From Octopus bimaculoides (Eukaryota), in assembly GCF_001194135.2 (NCBI RefSeq), contig NC_068984.1:45330694-45394693 (forward strand): 64,000 nt of DNA, read 5' to 3'. The notes beneath the pieces were generated by a model. It saw only the letters and a list, made by a program, of their open reading frames with translations, did no database searches and was not told the DNA's origin. The first letter of the stretch is position 1. Each line of letters opens with the position of its first letter. Below are positions 1 to 11,030 of the stretch, piece by piece. A program made the position numbers and the translations under genes.

Positions 1-979
1 AGGATTCCCCAACTGAACAGGACATCAGTCTGTCTTGCACAAGATATGATGTCATAGAAAAGACCATATACCATCCCTTTAAGTTTTAGGGGTTTCACTA
101 AACTCTTTGTCTTCCTGTAGATTATTCATGGTAAATAAGGCTATCAGAGTCTTTTTTTTTCTCTTTCCTCTGAGTTAAACTGTTCAGTGTAAGCTATCAG
201 AACACTCATTAATTTTACAGTGCTCCTGCACTTTGCTGTGGAAAGCTGTTCTACCAATTCTGTAATAGACACAGCTTGTTACTAAGTGATTTGAAAGCTT
301 AGTAAATTGCAACTTGCCTTGCTATATTTGTTCTGGGTTTCTGTGGTGTGAGTTCAAATCTTGCTGGGGTTCAATTTTTGATATATTTTGGTAGTGGGTG
401 GGTGGGTGGAATCAATAAAGCAAAATACCAATCCAGAGAAGTGGATTGGCCAAATTGTTAGAATGTCAGTTGAGGTTTCTTGTAGTATCTGTCCTGGTTC
501 CTTGCATTTTAGTTCTTGGGTGTTAGATTTAATCTGTTGCCCAACACTTCTTTCATGCCGCCAAGGGAAGACAAGTACTCTTTTTTTTTTTTATATCTTC
601 AAAGAAGAGTCATCAGATATTCATAAACCTTGGAGTGATGTACCAGCTGAATCCCTGCCTTATAAACCCTACTTTTATGGAGCCCATCTATGGTAATTAA
701 TGTCACATATGGTGCTTGCAACATAACATAGATGTACTGAGGAAGAGTACCAAATATACTAGCATTAGGGAGAAACCAGTGGGCCCCTTTGGGCTTGATG
801 GTGCGAGGATGCTGATTTTATAGACCCTGAAAAAGCTGGTGACTAATGACTTTTGTTTCTTAATAGCTAAAGAAAATAAATCATAAATAAAAGAAGACAG
901 GTTCTTATCTAAGATAACATAGGAATTCTGGGATACATTATTTCATTAAATGATCATTGTATTTAGCCACAGGTCAGCA

Positions 980-1140
980 CTAAATGGTGAAAGTGTGTGA
1001 CCTAGTGACAAGGGTGTCGCAATCATGATCACAAGATTGTAAATTTCAATTCTCAGACCTGGCGGTATATTGTTTTCTTGAGCCAAATATTTCATATCAT
1101 ATTGCTATAGCTCACTCAACTGTAAATGAGTAACCAGCAA
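980..1140 (+). mobile_element. Degenerate tRNA-derived SINE fragment
   Basis: Decayed A/B-box-like head (cctagtgacaagggtg...tttcaattctcagacctgg) followed by a body resembling other octopus-type SINEs. Confidence 0.35.
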
Positions 1141-2188
1141 TATACTGGCATCTCATGTAAGGAGGAATGTTGTGATCTTGGTCTCTTCTACTCCATGGAA
1201 GCCAGGCAACCAGCCCTATGAGTCCCAGCACATTAAGGCAGCACTAACTAAGCAGACCTACCACCAAAGATGTACCACACATCTCATCTTCTGTTTTTCA
1301 GATGTAGTGCATCTAGGACTACATTATTGAAAGTATCCTTTATCAGGATGAGTGACCATCTATGTGCTACCATAGGCTGTTACATGTGTGAGTTTAAGAA
1401 GAGGCTACTATCATTCACAGGGTCTGTAGTTAGAGATCTTAGTAACTAAACGTGTCACTCAGATATTTACTTCATATGTCCCTTATATATATATGACTGC
1501 AAAGAAGATTTTGCAAACGAGGATATGAATCATAGAATCTCAGCCTGCACTGTCTAATTTTAAAGTGCATGAGGAAAACAATTTATGTATGGAAAACTTT
1601 AGTTCTGAGTAGATTAGATTACCGCTCACAGCTTTGATCTACAAATTCATCCAGTCTCATAGAAGAGATTGAATGATTGCAAAGAACATTCATCAGTAAA
1701 ATGACTTCATTTAAAAACCTTAATTACTGGGAACATCTGAAAGCTTTGCATCTTTACTCTCTTGCACACCAAAGAGAAGATATATTATGATATATGTATG
1801 AAAAATCCTGTAGGAGTATATTCCAAACATCAGCATTAGAGTGAATTTTAAAGCACAAAATGTACAAACTGGTAGATGCTGTTGGCTTCCAAATATACCA
1901 CTTCGAAATCATGAGCAAAAACATTTTATTGAAGTAGCGTGATATTTAGAGGTCCTCAACTGTTCAACTGCCCATCTAAAAGAATCATAAATATAAAAGG
2001 GACCTCTGCTGAAACATTATAAACCATTGCGTAAACTATCGGCGATAATGGACCCATGAACCATTCAAGGATACACTCTGGGAAGATCACCTGCAACAAA
2101 CTCAATGACCAACTCTGGCCATAAAGAAACAACAAAATTGACAGAAAATGAATTAAGATGGTGCTCCAGCATAGCCATAGTCCTAAAA

Positions 2189-2815
2189 CTGAAACCACTA
2201 AAAGTTGGATTCTTTTTGAACACATCTTGTATGTATATATATATACATCATCATCATCATCATCATCATCATTTAACGTCTGCTTTCCATGCTAGCATGT
2301 GTTGGACGATTTGACTGGGGACTGGCGAGCCAGATGGCTGCACCAGACTCCAATCTGATCTGGCAGAGTTTCTACAGCTGGATGCTCTTCCTAACGCCAA
2401 CCACTCCGAGAGTGTAGTGGGTGCTTTTTACATGCCACCAGCACGTGTGTGTGTGTGAAAGAAAAAAAACCTCAGAACGCAATCAATTATCAAAGCTGGT
2501 ATCAGATGCAATAGATACATTTTATACCTTGGCATTAATTCTAAGATGCTGAGTGTTAAGAATATATTTGTGCATTTTCCACAAGCATCAATGATGCAAG
2601 GTGAATTCAATTGTGAATCGAAACCTTGATGTAGACTTGACTTACCAAGAGCTTACCCCATCACAAGGATTGTAATACTACTTTTCAAACACTTGCAGTT
2701 CATCTAGCTGTATCTTCTCTTTCTGCCTCTTCTGGTGATGATGATGATGATGATGATGTATATATATATACATACAAGATGTGTTCAAAAAGAATCCAAC
2801 TTTTAGTGGTTTCAG
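2189..2815. repeat. Perfect 80-bp inverted repeat (2189-2268 / 2736-2815) with 467-bp spacer
   Basis: The arms are exact reverse complements, including the (TA)6 and (CAT)n tracts. Confidence 0.9.
2246..2445 (-). mobile_element. SINE 3' part (family C, (GAT)n tail)
   Basis: catcatcatttaacgtctgctttccatgctagcatg...ggatgctcttcctaacgccaacc matches in reverse the 3' end of the copy at 38950-39310. Confidence 0.65.
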
Positions 2816-3013
2816 ATTTCTTTGTCAAATGCATTGCTTATGTTTTGAATTAAAAGGGCATTATTTCAAAGCATCGAGCTTTCAATGATGTGATTGTTAT
2901 TTTTAAAATGACATTGTAGGGTAGGTGTGAGAGGTTGGATCTGGTCAGTTCTAACATAAAACAGGCAGAATATTTGGGCCAGGTATGGTCGGATTAAATG
3001 CTAAAGGGGTTAA
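2811..3013. mobile_element. piggyBac-like MITE remnant, one terminus missing
   Basis: The right end AATGCTAAAGGGG|TTAA (TTAA at 3010-3013) is a TTAA-target CCC-type terminus. The left terminus is replaced by the inverted-repeat arm. Confidence 0.45.
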
Positions 3014-3656
3014 TTCTTCTAAAGTCAACGACAGTATATCAGCTCCACCAAAACCCAACTATCTCATCCATCCTTTCTGCTTTCTTTTCAGCTCTTCTGT
3101 ATCTAAACTTTTAAATCCTGCACTGAGAATTTTTACCAATATATTCAACTGGAAACCTTACCTATATTTTACAATGGCTACTAATATATAAAAAATTAAA
3201 ATCAAAGATATATATATATATATATGCATTAAACTTTCTCAACCATTCCTCACGTAAGTCAAAAAGGAACGACGAAAAGTTACGGGCCTGATTTGTCACG
3301 TGTCTAAGTTGAATACAACACACACACACACAAATATTAATATTCGTTTCAGAATATATTTCAAGGAAAATTTTCTGTGCCTTCTACTGATTTAATTCCA
3401 GACCTATCAAGCTATATGTTTGTATAATGCAGAAATACACTCCTCCCTTTCTGTCAACCTTTGTCACTCTTTAATGCTTTCCACAATCCCCGTTCAACTT
3501 TGTATTTCCTCTCCTCTCCTCACACACCTTCTCTCACTCCCTTACATTACAACTTTTCCCTTTGTTATCTCTTCTCCTATATCCTTCAGCACTCCTTCTG
3601 TTCCACAACACCTAACCCCGTCTAATTTTTAATCATTGTCTTTCATCGAGCAATAC

Positions 3657-3800
3657 CATGCACACACACACACACACTGTGTGTGTGTGTGTGTGTGTGT
3701 GTATGTTATGTGTTGTGTGTGTGTGTGTGTGCATGTACGTGCGTGTATGCATGTGTCTGCACGTGTGTGTATGCGTGTTTGTGCATGTGTGCATTTGTGT
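3657..3800. repeat. (CA)n-(TG)n self-complementary microsatellite followed by degenerate (TG)n
   Basis: CATG(CA)nC(TG)nTATG followed by RY-alternating sequence. Confidence 0.9.
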
Positions 3801-4067
3801 GTGTATGTAACAATATTTCATTCCCACCCCCTTTCCCATTTGTCATATCTTTCCATTTCAAATCTCCACCCGTTCTCTCATATGTTGCCTCTACGTATTT
3901 TAAACTATATTTATTTCTCACTTTCTCATTAGCTTCTGCTCTCCTCTCTCTCTCTATCTATCTATCTATCTCTATCTGTCTCTCTCTCTTTTTCTCCCCC
4001 TGGTTCTCTCAATTTCCAACGTAGTTTTTCACCCTTATTCATAATTTCTATCTTGTCTCTCTTTTTC

Positions 4068-4182
4068 ATTGCGCAGTACCGCTTATCTCTCTGCCTTTCC
4101 CTCCAAATATATCTCTCTTATTCTCTTTTTACTAGTTTTCCCTTTCTTCCTCAATTTCACAAATACTCTTTCATTGCGCAAT
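4068..4182. promoter_or_regulatory. Pair of C/EBP-type sites
   Basis: Perfect palindrome ATTGCGCAAT at 4173-4182 and one-mismatch ATTGCGCAGT at 4068-4077, 640-750 bp upstream of the candidate TSS. Confidence 0.4.
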
Positions 4183-4724
4183 AACATTTTATCGGTCTGT
4201 CTCTCTTACGATTAAACATCATATCTTTCTAATATTTTTCCTATCATTTTCCTCTCTTCTCTCACTCTCTTGTTTTATCGCTTCTAATATCGTTATTTTG
4301 TTCCACTCTGCCTATCCTTACGACTCTATTAGTCTCTTTCACATACACTCACACACACCTTCTTATTCCTCCTTATTTACTACGCAATCACACGCACATG
4401 TGTAATCACATCATACAGTCATACATAAATGTTAGCTATAACAAGCGTTTCTAAAAATAACTAAGTCGACACAGCTGCAAAATAGTCCCTAATAGAAAAC
4501 AAACTATTCGGTTCATATAAACATTTACTGTCTTTATTTTCATAATTTGCGACCGAAATTCTATAAGAAATTAAGAAATTTCAAGAAACATCGAGTAAAC
4601 TTCTACATTTATATTTTGTACCACATACATAGCGACTTAGATACAGAGACCGCGACAACCATTTGTATGTTTTTAGTTTATTTTTCTATGGCGTATTAAT
4701 TAGAGATTTCTTTCGTTGTCTACA

Positions 4725-4825
4725 GCTCATTGGCTGACAGTGAGCGTCGACCGAATAACCGCCCACTCTCGATAGTGAGTCGGTCTCATATATATAAGAG
4801 CCTCGCGCCTGATTATTTTAGTCAC
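4725..4825 (+). promoter_or_regulatory. Pol II core promoter, probable Tribbles TSS at about 4820
   Basis: Reverse CCAAT box CTCATTGGCTG (ATTGG 4729-4733; NF-Y consensus), GC box CCGCCC at 4759-4764, TATATAAG at 4791-4798 and Inr-like TTAGTC with its A at 4820. Spacing is about -90/-60/-30/+1 in a CpG-rich patch. Confidence 0.68.
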
Positions 4826-5604
4826 TGTGGGTGCCCGCTAGCAGTGGATTCCAGTGTTGAGTGTTCCGTCGTGAAGGGGTGTCGTGTCTCGTAACACGCC
4901 CCTCCCTGTCCTGGAAGTACTTTGTTTAGGGGTTGAAGAAAAACAAAGAAAGTGGTTACAACACGAGGAGACTCCCCCTACAATCACAAAGGAACATATA
5001 TTTTTTCGTTGTTACAATCAATTGGATATATAATACAGTATATATATTTCATTGAATAATCAGCTGCTTTTTTAAAACAGCTGTAAATAATACAAGATAT
5101 ATTTTATATATCTTTTGTACACATAAAACTATTACATGAGTATTCTCATATACATATATAATTTACACAATCTTCTGTAAATTATATATTTATACATTGT
5201 TTCATTGTTGTTTTGAATCATTAACAAATTAAGAAAAAAAAAAACGAAAACAATTACGGGATATATTTACAAGTTTATACGGATGAAAGAAACTATTATT
5301 ATTGGTCAACTGTTAAAACAAGAGTTTTCTTGCACCTTATTATCATCATCTTAAAAGCAACCACCTGCGACGTAATAACGAGATCTAAAGCGATCTCATG
5401 CAATATCGGACGCCTCTTTAATAGGTAAATCATTATTTCAACACCACATGACACTGACTAACAAACTGTTTTAAATATTTCATTTGTGGATAAATATATG
5501 AATATGTATACGTAAAATTATCTTAGTATTTTTTTATTGTATATATGTACATAGTTGTATTATATGTAACCTAACACCTTTACTGTGAAGGTTACACTAG
5601 TCTG

Positions 5605-5607
<3 letters not shown>

Positions 5608-5678
<71 letters not shown>
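5608..5678. repeat. (TA)n microsatellite
   Basis: About 35 TA units with one TG interruption, between the candidate TSS and the ATG. Confidence 0.95.
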
Positions 5679-6651
5679 AACTCTATGTCTGTGATTGTTT
5701 TATAATTATTTGATTCTACATACCTCTGTCCGCTGCCAAAATGAGTCCCATAGAATACAAAATGTGGCGAAAGCTGGTGTTGTTTTGGCTGGTGGCTAAC
5801 AGTTAACAGTTTTTTTAAGAGTCATAATGGAAACGTACACAGAGAAAGCCACTACTGCCAGTATCAAGACCGCAACATCTGCTAGAATTAACACTGTACA
5901 AAAGATGAATACTATAATGATTATTGCAGCTGCATCTATGAAATCTATGCCTTGATGTCTCTTCGCCACCACCCTTAACTATTCGCACCTATTGCATTTG
6001 TATTCTAATAGTAACCTTAATCTTTTTTATTAGAGTTTCCAATCCACTTAACAGCTTGTTGCTTACCCTATTTCAGTAATAGTTTGAATAATTCATTACA
6101 TACTTAGTACCTTTTAATTACCTTTCGAAATACCAGACATATCTGAGATAAACTTTTTTCATGTTATAAGAACTACACATACACTGGTGGTACATAGACT
6201 CTAGATATAGATAGTGATATGTTCACACCTTTATACATAAATATTAAATATCTTTATATATATAGAATTTATTTATTGAATCAAGTTATGAGCCAAGTTG
6301 AGAAAACAGTATTTTGTTAAAAGGATCTGTATATAAAAATATTCAGAGGAGACACAAAAGGGCATTTAAATAGTGTAAAAGTTAAAGACAAGCGGCACAA
6401 TTATTTGGCATTGTTATAGTTATTTGTCATTTTCAAGTCATTAACGTCATCAAGAGCATTATATCATCATCATCATCATCATTGTTGATATCACCATCAT
6501 TAGCTCTGGACACCACGAGGGCAGCAATCTTACATTCCAATCGACAATCTGACGAAACTTTCATTTGTGTTGAATCATAGATGAAAATAGTGCAGGAATC
6601 TTTAGCAATACAATAATAATTAATTAATAAACTGTCCGTTATTCCGACAAG

Positions 6652-6720
6652 CTGCTGTTTGTAAACAGTAAAATTTAGATATCCCTTGATTTACATCATC
6701 TTTAACTCGCCACGTATCAA
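6652..6720. promoter_or_regulatory. Candidate stress-response module (FoxO, C/EBP-ATF composite, CCACGT)
   Basis: CTGTTTGTAAACAG with the FoxO core GTAAACA at 6661-6667, TTTACATCA at 6690-6698 (CARE-like) and GCCACGT at about 6709-6715, all within about 60 bp and about 270 bp upstream of the ATG. Confidence 0.35.
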
Positions 6721-6970
6721 GTGCAGATTTTTCTTTTGTAAATATCCACACACACACACATGTATATATAAACTGTTATAAATCTTTGTATTATATACAT
6801 ACTTAATTTATATTTCTTCTGTCTATATATATATTTATTTATATATAGATAGTTACATTCTCTATCAACTTGCTACCTTATTTTCTGGTAAAACTTTGTT
6901 CACGGTTATTTATAAAGGGAGATCTTCGCGTGGTCCTATGACTGACTCCTTCAGTTTGCACTGCACACCT

Positions 6971-7240
6971 ATGAGTGGGTTCTCTCGGTCCCGCCCTAGA
7001 ACACCGTCATATTATGCATCCCCTCGGGAGGAAAAAACTGCCGAGGTTGTGGATCCCACACCGGCGGCTAATCCGGGTAATCTTAGTCCCGACTTACAAC
7101 CATCATACACACCGGACTTTCCTAAGGCCTGCGGGAACTTACAACTGGAAAAATATACTCTCATAGAACTGCGTGAATATAAAGATCGGAATGTTTACAA
7201 GGCACACAACACACATACCAACAGAGAATCCATTTGTAAA
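6971..7240 (+). CDS. TRIB2: Tribbles pseudokinase, coding exon 1 (N-terminal Pro/Ser-rich region plus N-lobe beta1-beta3)
   Basis: ORF MSGFSRSRPRTPSYY...LSPDLQPS...KYTLIELREYKDRNVYKAHNTHTNRESICK ends at a perfect donor AAA|GTAAGT (7240/7241). It aligns with the TRIB 'KYLLLE...VFRAVH...ELVCK' segment and joins in phase 0 to VFP at 29312. An alternative in-frame ATG exists at 6938. The ATG at 6971 places the beta3 Lys at residue 90, as recalled for human TRIB2 K90. Confidence 0.82.
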
Positions 7241-7395
7241 GTAAGTGCATAATTTTACCTAAAAGTTATTTATTTCACGAAGATTTTAAACATGGTGTTA
7301 TTTTCTTTTTGTCTGGTGTTCATGAAAGTTGACTGTAATTGTCTCGAGTAATTTATATATGTTGATTCGGAGCTCTAGAATTATAAGCATTTTCA

Positions 7396-7586
7396 GGTAC
7401 TACTAAAGCAGCACGTTCCCGAACGTGTAGTCGTGCGTCCGCGCTAGCTAGTCTTGAGTGGTCGATCCTAACCCTAACCCTGTCCCTAACCCGCGTGTGC
7501 AAATGAATAAGTGTTTCGGGTTAGGGTTAGGATCGACCACTCACGACTAGCTAGCGCGTTCGGGACCTTGCTGCTTTAGTAGTACC
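7396..7586. mobile_element. Non-autonomous hairpin DNA transposon (MITE), Merlin-like, 191 bp
   Basis: About 69-bp TIRs starting GGTACTACTAAAGCAGCA (fits the GGNRM Merlin terminus). Exact 8-bp TSD CATTTTCA at 7388-7395 and 7587-7594. Internal (CCCTAA)/(TTAGGG) repeats. The left arm has a 16-bp insertion at 7424-7439. Confidence 0.8.
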
Positions 7587-8442
7587 CATTTTCATTTGGG
7601 TTGATAACCTGTATTTTATTTTTCTCTTGAATTTCATTAAAAAAAAAATTGTCTACAAGAATTTTTAGATATTTGTTAGAGTCCTCCGTAATTACAAACC
7701 ACATTAGTTAGGTACCAAGTTTGATATTTTCGTGTGTGATATAAGGACATGATTAGTCAGACTGTTGTAGCCTGTGACACTACTTTCTATGTATGACTAC
7801 TAATAAAATATTTGAATGTTTACGTGGTAGCTCGAATTATGCCCCGCCTTGAGTAACATTCTTGATAAGTGACCTCGCTACATTTCAGAATGAACAGCGG
7901 GATTAAAATGCCACAAGTTATATATATATATACATATATATATAAGGAGCTTAGTGCTAAAAGTGTGCAAGTCACCTAGATTTTCGTGTGATTTTTGTAG
8001 TTTAACGATTTTTGTAATTTAATAGTTAAATTTCTTAATCATTCAAGAAATGACGCAGTTAAGTCATATTTACAGATGATTCGTCTGTTGGAGATCACAA
8101 GTTAGACATATAGAGCATTACGTTTGTTTCAAATGGATGTATAGAACGGGGGTAAAGGCTGTCTTTTAGTGAGCCCGAGGAAATTATTGTCGAGTGCCCC
8201 AATTAACGACCTCGTGGTGCTGCTTTATGGCAAACTTGCTAATGTTTTATTTTGCCTTACTCAAAAAGGAGCTATGATTGGGTTTCACTTAAGTAGTTTT
8301 TAAACTAATGATAGATAGACAAAACGAAACAAAAGTCCTCCATGTCAAATGGCTAATGTTTTTAAATCCGCTTTGAGAAACATTTCAGCAAATGTTTACT
8401 TTCTAATTGACCCTTTTATACGCTGCATCTAGATATGCTTAC

Positions 8443-8870
8443 ATTTGCGCAAATAGATATTGCAGATAACCTCTTCGTGGTTGCTTGACAAACTAGAAAT
8501 AGCTAAATGTTCTTCAAATTAAACCCTGCCATTCCTACAAAAGCAAGAACTTGCTGAACAACGTAATCTTAAAAGAAAATGTATGGTCACGGGTGAAGCA
8601 CCTCTAATCATAAGATCCTCAATCAGAGTTGATTTAGGGGCTATGCATCAGGAAACTTCTTTTCGTGGGAGTTTAAAAAAATTTTTTTTTTGTTAACGAG
8701 TTATATAAATAGAAAAATGGGCGATCCTTCGATATTGGTATATGGAATGTCGGTGTGAGGCGACGCCGTCATTCCCCCCTCTTTTTGAGCCTAGCCTCTT
8801 TATCTATGTCACGAGGGAAGGTCGTGTGGGTGAATGACGTCGTGTATCAATACCGAAGGATTGCGAAATG
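8443..8870. promoter_or_regulatory. Intronic bZIP site cluster (C/EBP and CRE)
   Basis: ATTTGCGCAAAT palindrome at 8443-8454, TGACGTCG at 8835-8842 and ATTGCGAAAT at 8860-8869. Confidence 0.35.
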
Positions 8871-9234
8871 TCTGTTCAGTGACTTCATTGTAGCGAAATG
8901 GAATAAGAAAACCCAGTTTACATGGTTGTACTCAATATAACAAATACGAAAGCGGTAGTCGGCTTTACTGCGTAGTAACGGCGAATAAAACTTGAGTTTC
9001 ATTCAATGATTAAATGAAAGAGTGTGTGGTGTGAGGTAGATCAGCAGGCATAACTGTTGAATGCCTTCCTCCTAGCTCCAACTCCACTCAGAAAACGAGC
9101 TAGTTACTAGCTCTACCAGTATTTATATATTGCGTCATCGGTGACTTGGTTGTTGCTCTGTCAGTGTGTGTACGAATCACTCACTGGTTGGTCAATATCG
9201 TTATCCCAGCTCTATTGCAGAATAAACGAGCATA

Positions 9235-9390
9235 TTAGCAGAATGGGTAGAGCAATATTCAATTAGAACCCTTTGTGTTCTGAGTTCAAATCCCGCTAAG
9301 ATCATTTTTTTGCTTTTTTTTATCGTTCTTCCTGAGGTCGATAAAATAAAGTATCAGCCGAGTTGTAAGGTTGATATAATTGAGTATATA
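9235..9390 (+). mobile_element. SINE family A, degenerate
   Basis: ttctgagttcaaatcccgc...ggtcgataaaataaagta core shared with the family A copies at 40617 and 44420. Confidence 0.55.
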
Positions 9391-10834
9391 CTATATAAAA
9401 GTATTTAAGGCTTTGTGCTAGGAAATCGATAAATATACGGTTGTTTTTTTTTTGGTTTTTTATCATTCTACAATGAAAGTAATATCAAGTGAAAGTTTGA
9501 CTTGTACTTTATCACAACTTAAAATTATGGCCTGACGCATATTTATAAGTGTGTAAATATATTTCGTTTGTAAGTGTATAAACATTGTCTGCGATTGTAA
9601 TTGCATTTTCATTCTTGAAAAGAAAAAAAAGTTCTTCAGAAAGTGAGACATTACAATACTAATATCTAGTTATTAAATACTCCCATTATTTTTCGGATAT
9701 TCTGCATTCGGTCAAATAGCTATTTTTCTTAAGATTGTATGTTATAGTATTATAGATCAAAGTTGAGGGAGATCGAAAGGTGAGGGTTGTGTACTGTAGT
9801 GAACTCATTTGGCTATTTGGTAGATATTGTATGTACGTGATGAGCTTAATAACTGAAAAGAGGAGGTGGAAAAGATTGTGTTGTGTGAGTGAGCATCATA
9901 ACCTAGTTACGGACTGGGTGTGTATTTAATGCAGAAACAGACAATACAGGTAGTTTCTAGAGCCATCGAAGGGAAATAACTGAAATAGTGACAGAGGGTG
10001 TGTCTTTGGGAACAAGTAATGGCGTGTGTAAGGTGAATGGATATAAAGTCACAATTTTGGCTTTGAAGAAAAAAGTTACATGGAAACTGTCGCTTTTCAT
10101 TTATGAACTATACAGTCGTTTAACTAAATTCTTAGCAGTTTATTACCTTATAATATAAGATGACTATACAATGATAAAGCAATTTATTTCATAATATACT
10201 TCAGAAGGACACAAATTCACGTTTTATTCATTATCTTAAATGAAATATTGTAAAATTATTTCTGTGACTTTTCTCCTGTAACTTTTTTTTTCTTCAACTT
10301 TTTCCTATATGTGTTGTAAGAAGCGTGTTGTTAGATGGGATTTGTGACTGAGTTTCAAAGAGCTGTGTTAGTCAGGGTTGTCGCGAAACAGTTTTATCAT
10401 TTATTCTGAGTTGGGATTACATATTAAAGAAAGAAAGAAAAAACTTCATCTAATAACTTGCTGTTTTCACACTGAAACTAGGTAATGTGTAAATTCGAAA
10501 CAAAGTTTTTTCTTCACTTCAGAACGAACGGGTATTTTTCAAGTTGTCACAAAAACTAAAATAAAGCGTACTCCGTTTCTTTCTCACTGTGTGTGTGTGT
10601 CCCTCGCTGTATATTCATGTAAGCTAAGGGAGGTATTTCACATTAACTCCTGCAGAAACTAAACACACGTGCATGGAATGGGGTTGTATTCGAACACGCA
10701 CATGGCGATGATGCACGCATATACCGCTTGTGTTCAGTTTGGGTTTTGTCGTTCAGGGTGTCTCTACTGAAATTTGTCTTCCGCTTTACAGAAACTAACT
10801 ACTAATCACACATAGATGTGTGGATTTTCCGATT

Positions 10835-11030
10835 TTAGCACAAGGTCCCTAATTTTATGGAGAAGGCATTAGTTGATACCATCGATCCCAGTCCTTGACT
10901 GGTACTGTATCTTACCGACCCCAGAGGGGTGAAATGCGAAGTAACTTCGATAGGATTTGAACACAGAACATAAAGAATTTAAAGAAATGCCGCAAAGCAT
11001 TTTGTCTACGCTAACAATTCTAACACCTGG
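10835..11030 (-). mobile_element. SINE family A, degenerate
   Basis: Reverse copy of the core: atcgatcccagt...ctggtact...accgacccc...gatttgaacacagaac...gctaacaattc. Confidence 0.65.

Noticed and set aside
388-696. 102-aa ORF and other short ORFs such as 19220..19480 and 32637..33050
   Set aside because: No recognisable domain, mostly non-ATG starts, low-complexity composition and no supporting splice structure.
7467-7531. Interstitial telomeric repeat or chromosome fusion scar
   Set aside because: Only 2-3 units, lying inside the TIRs of a TSD-flanked MITE.
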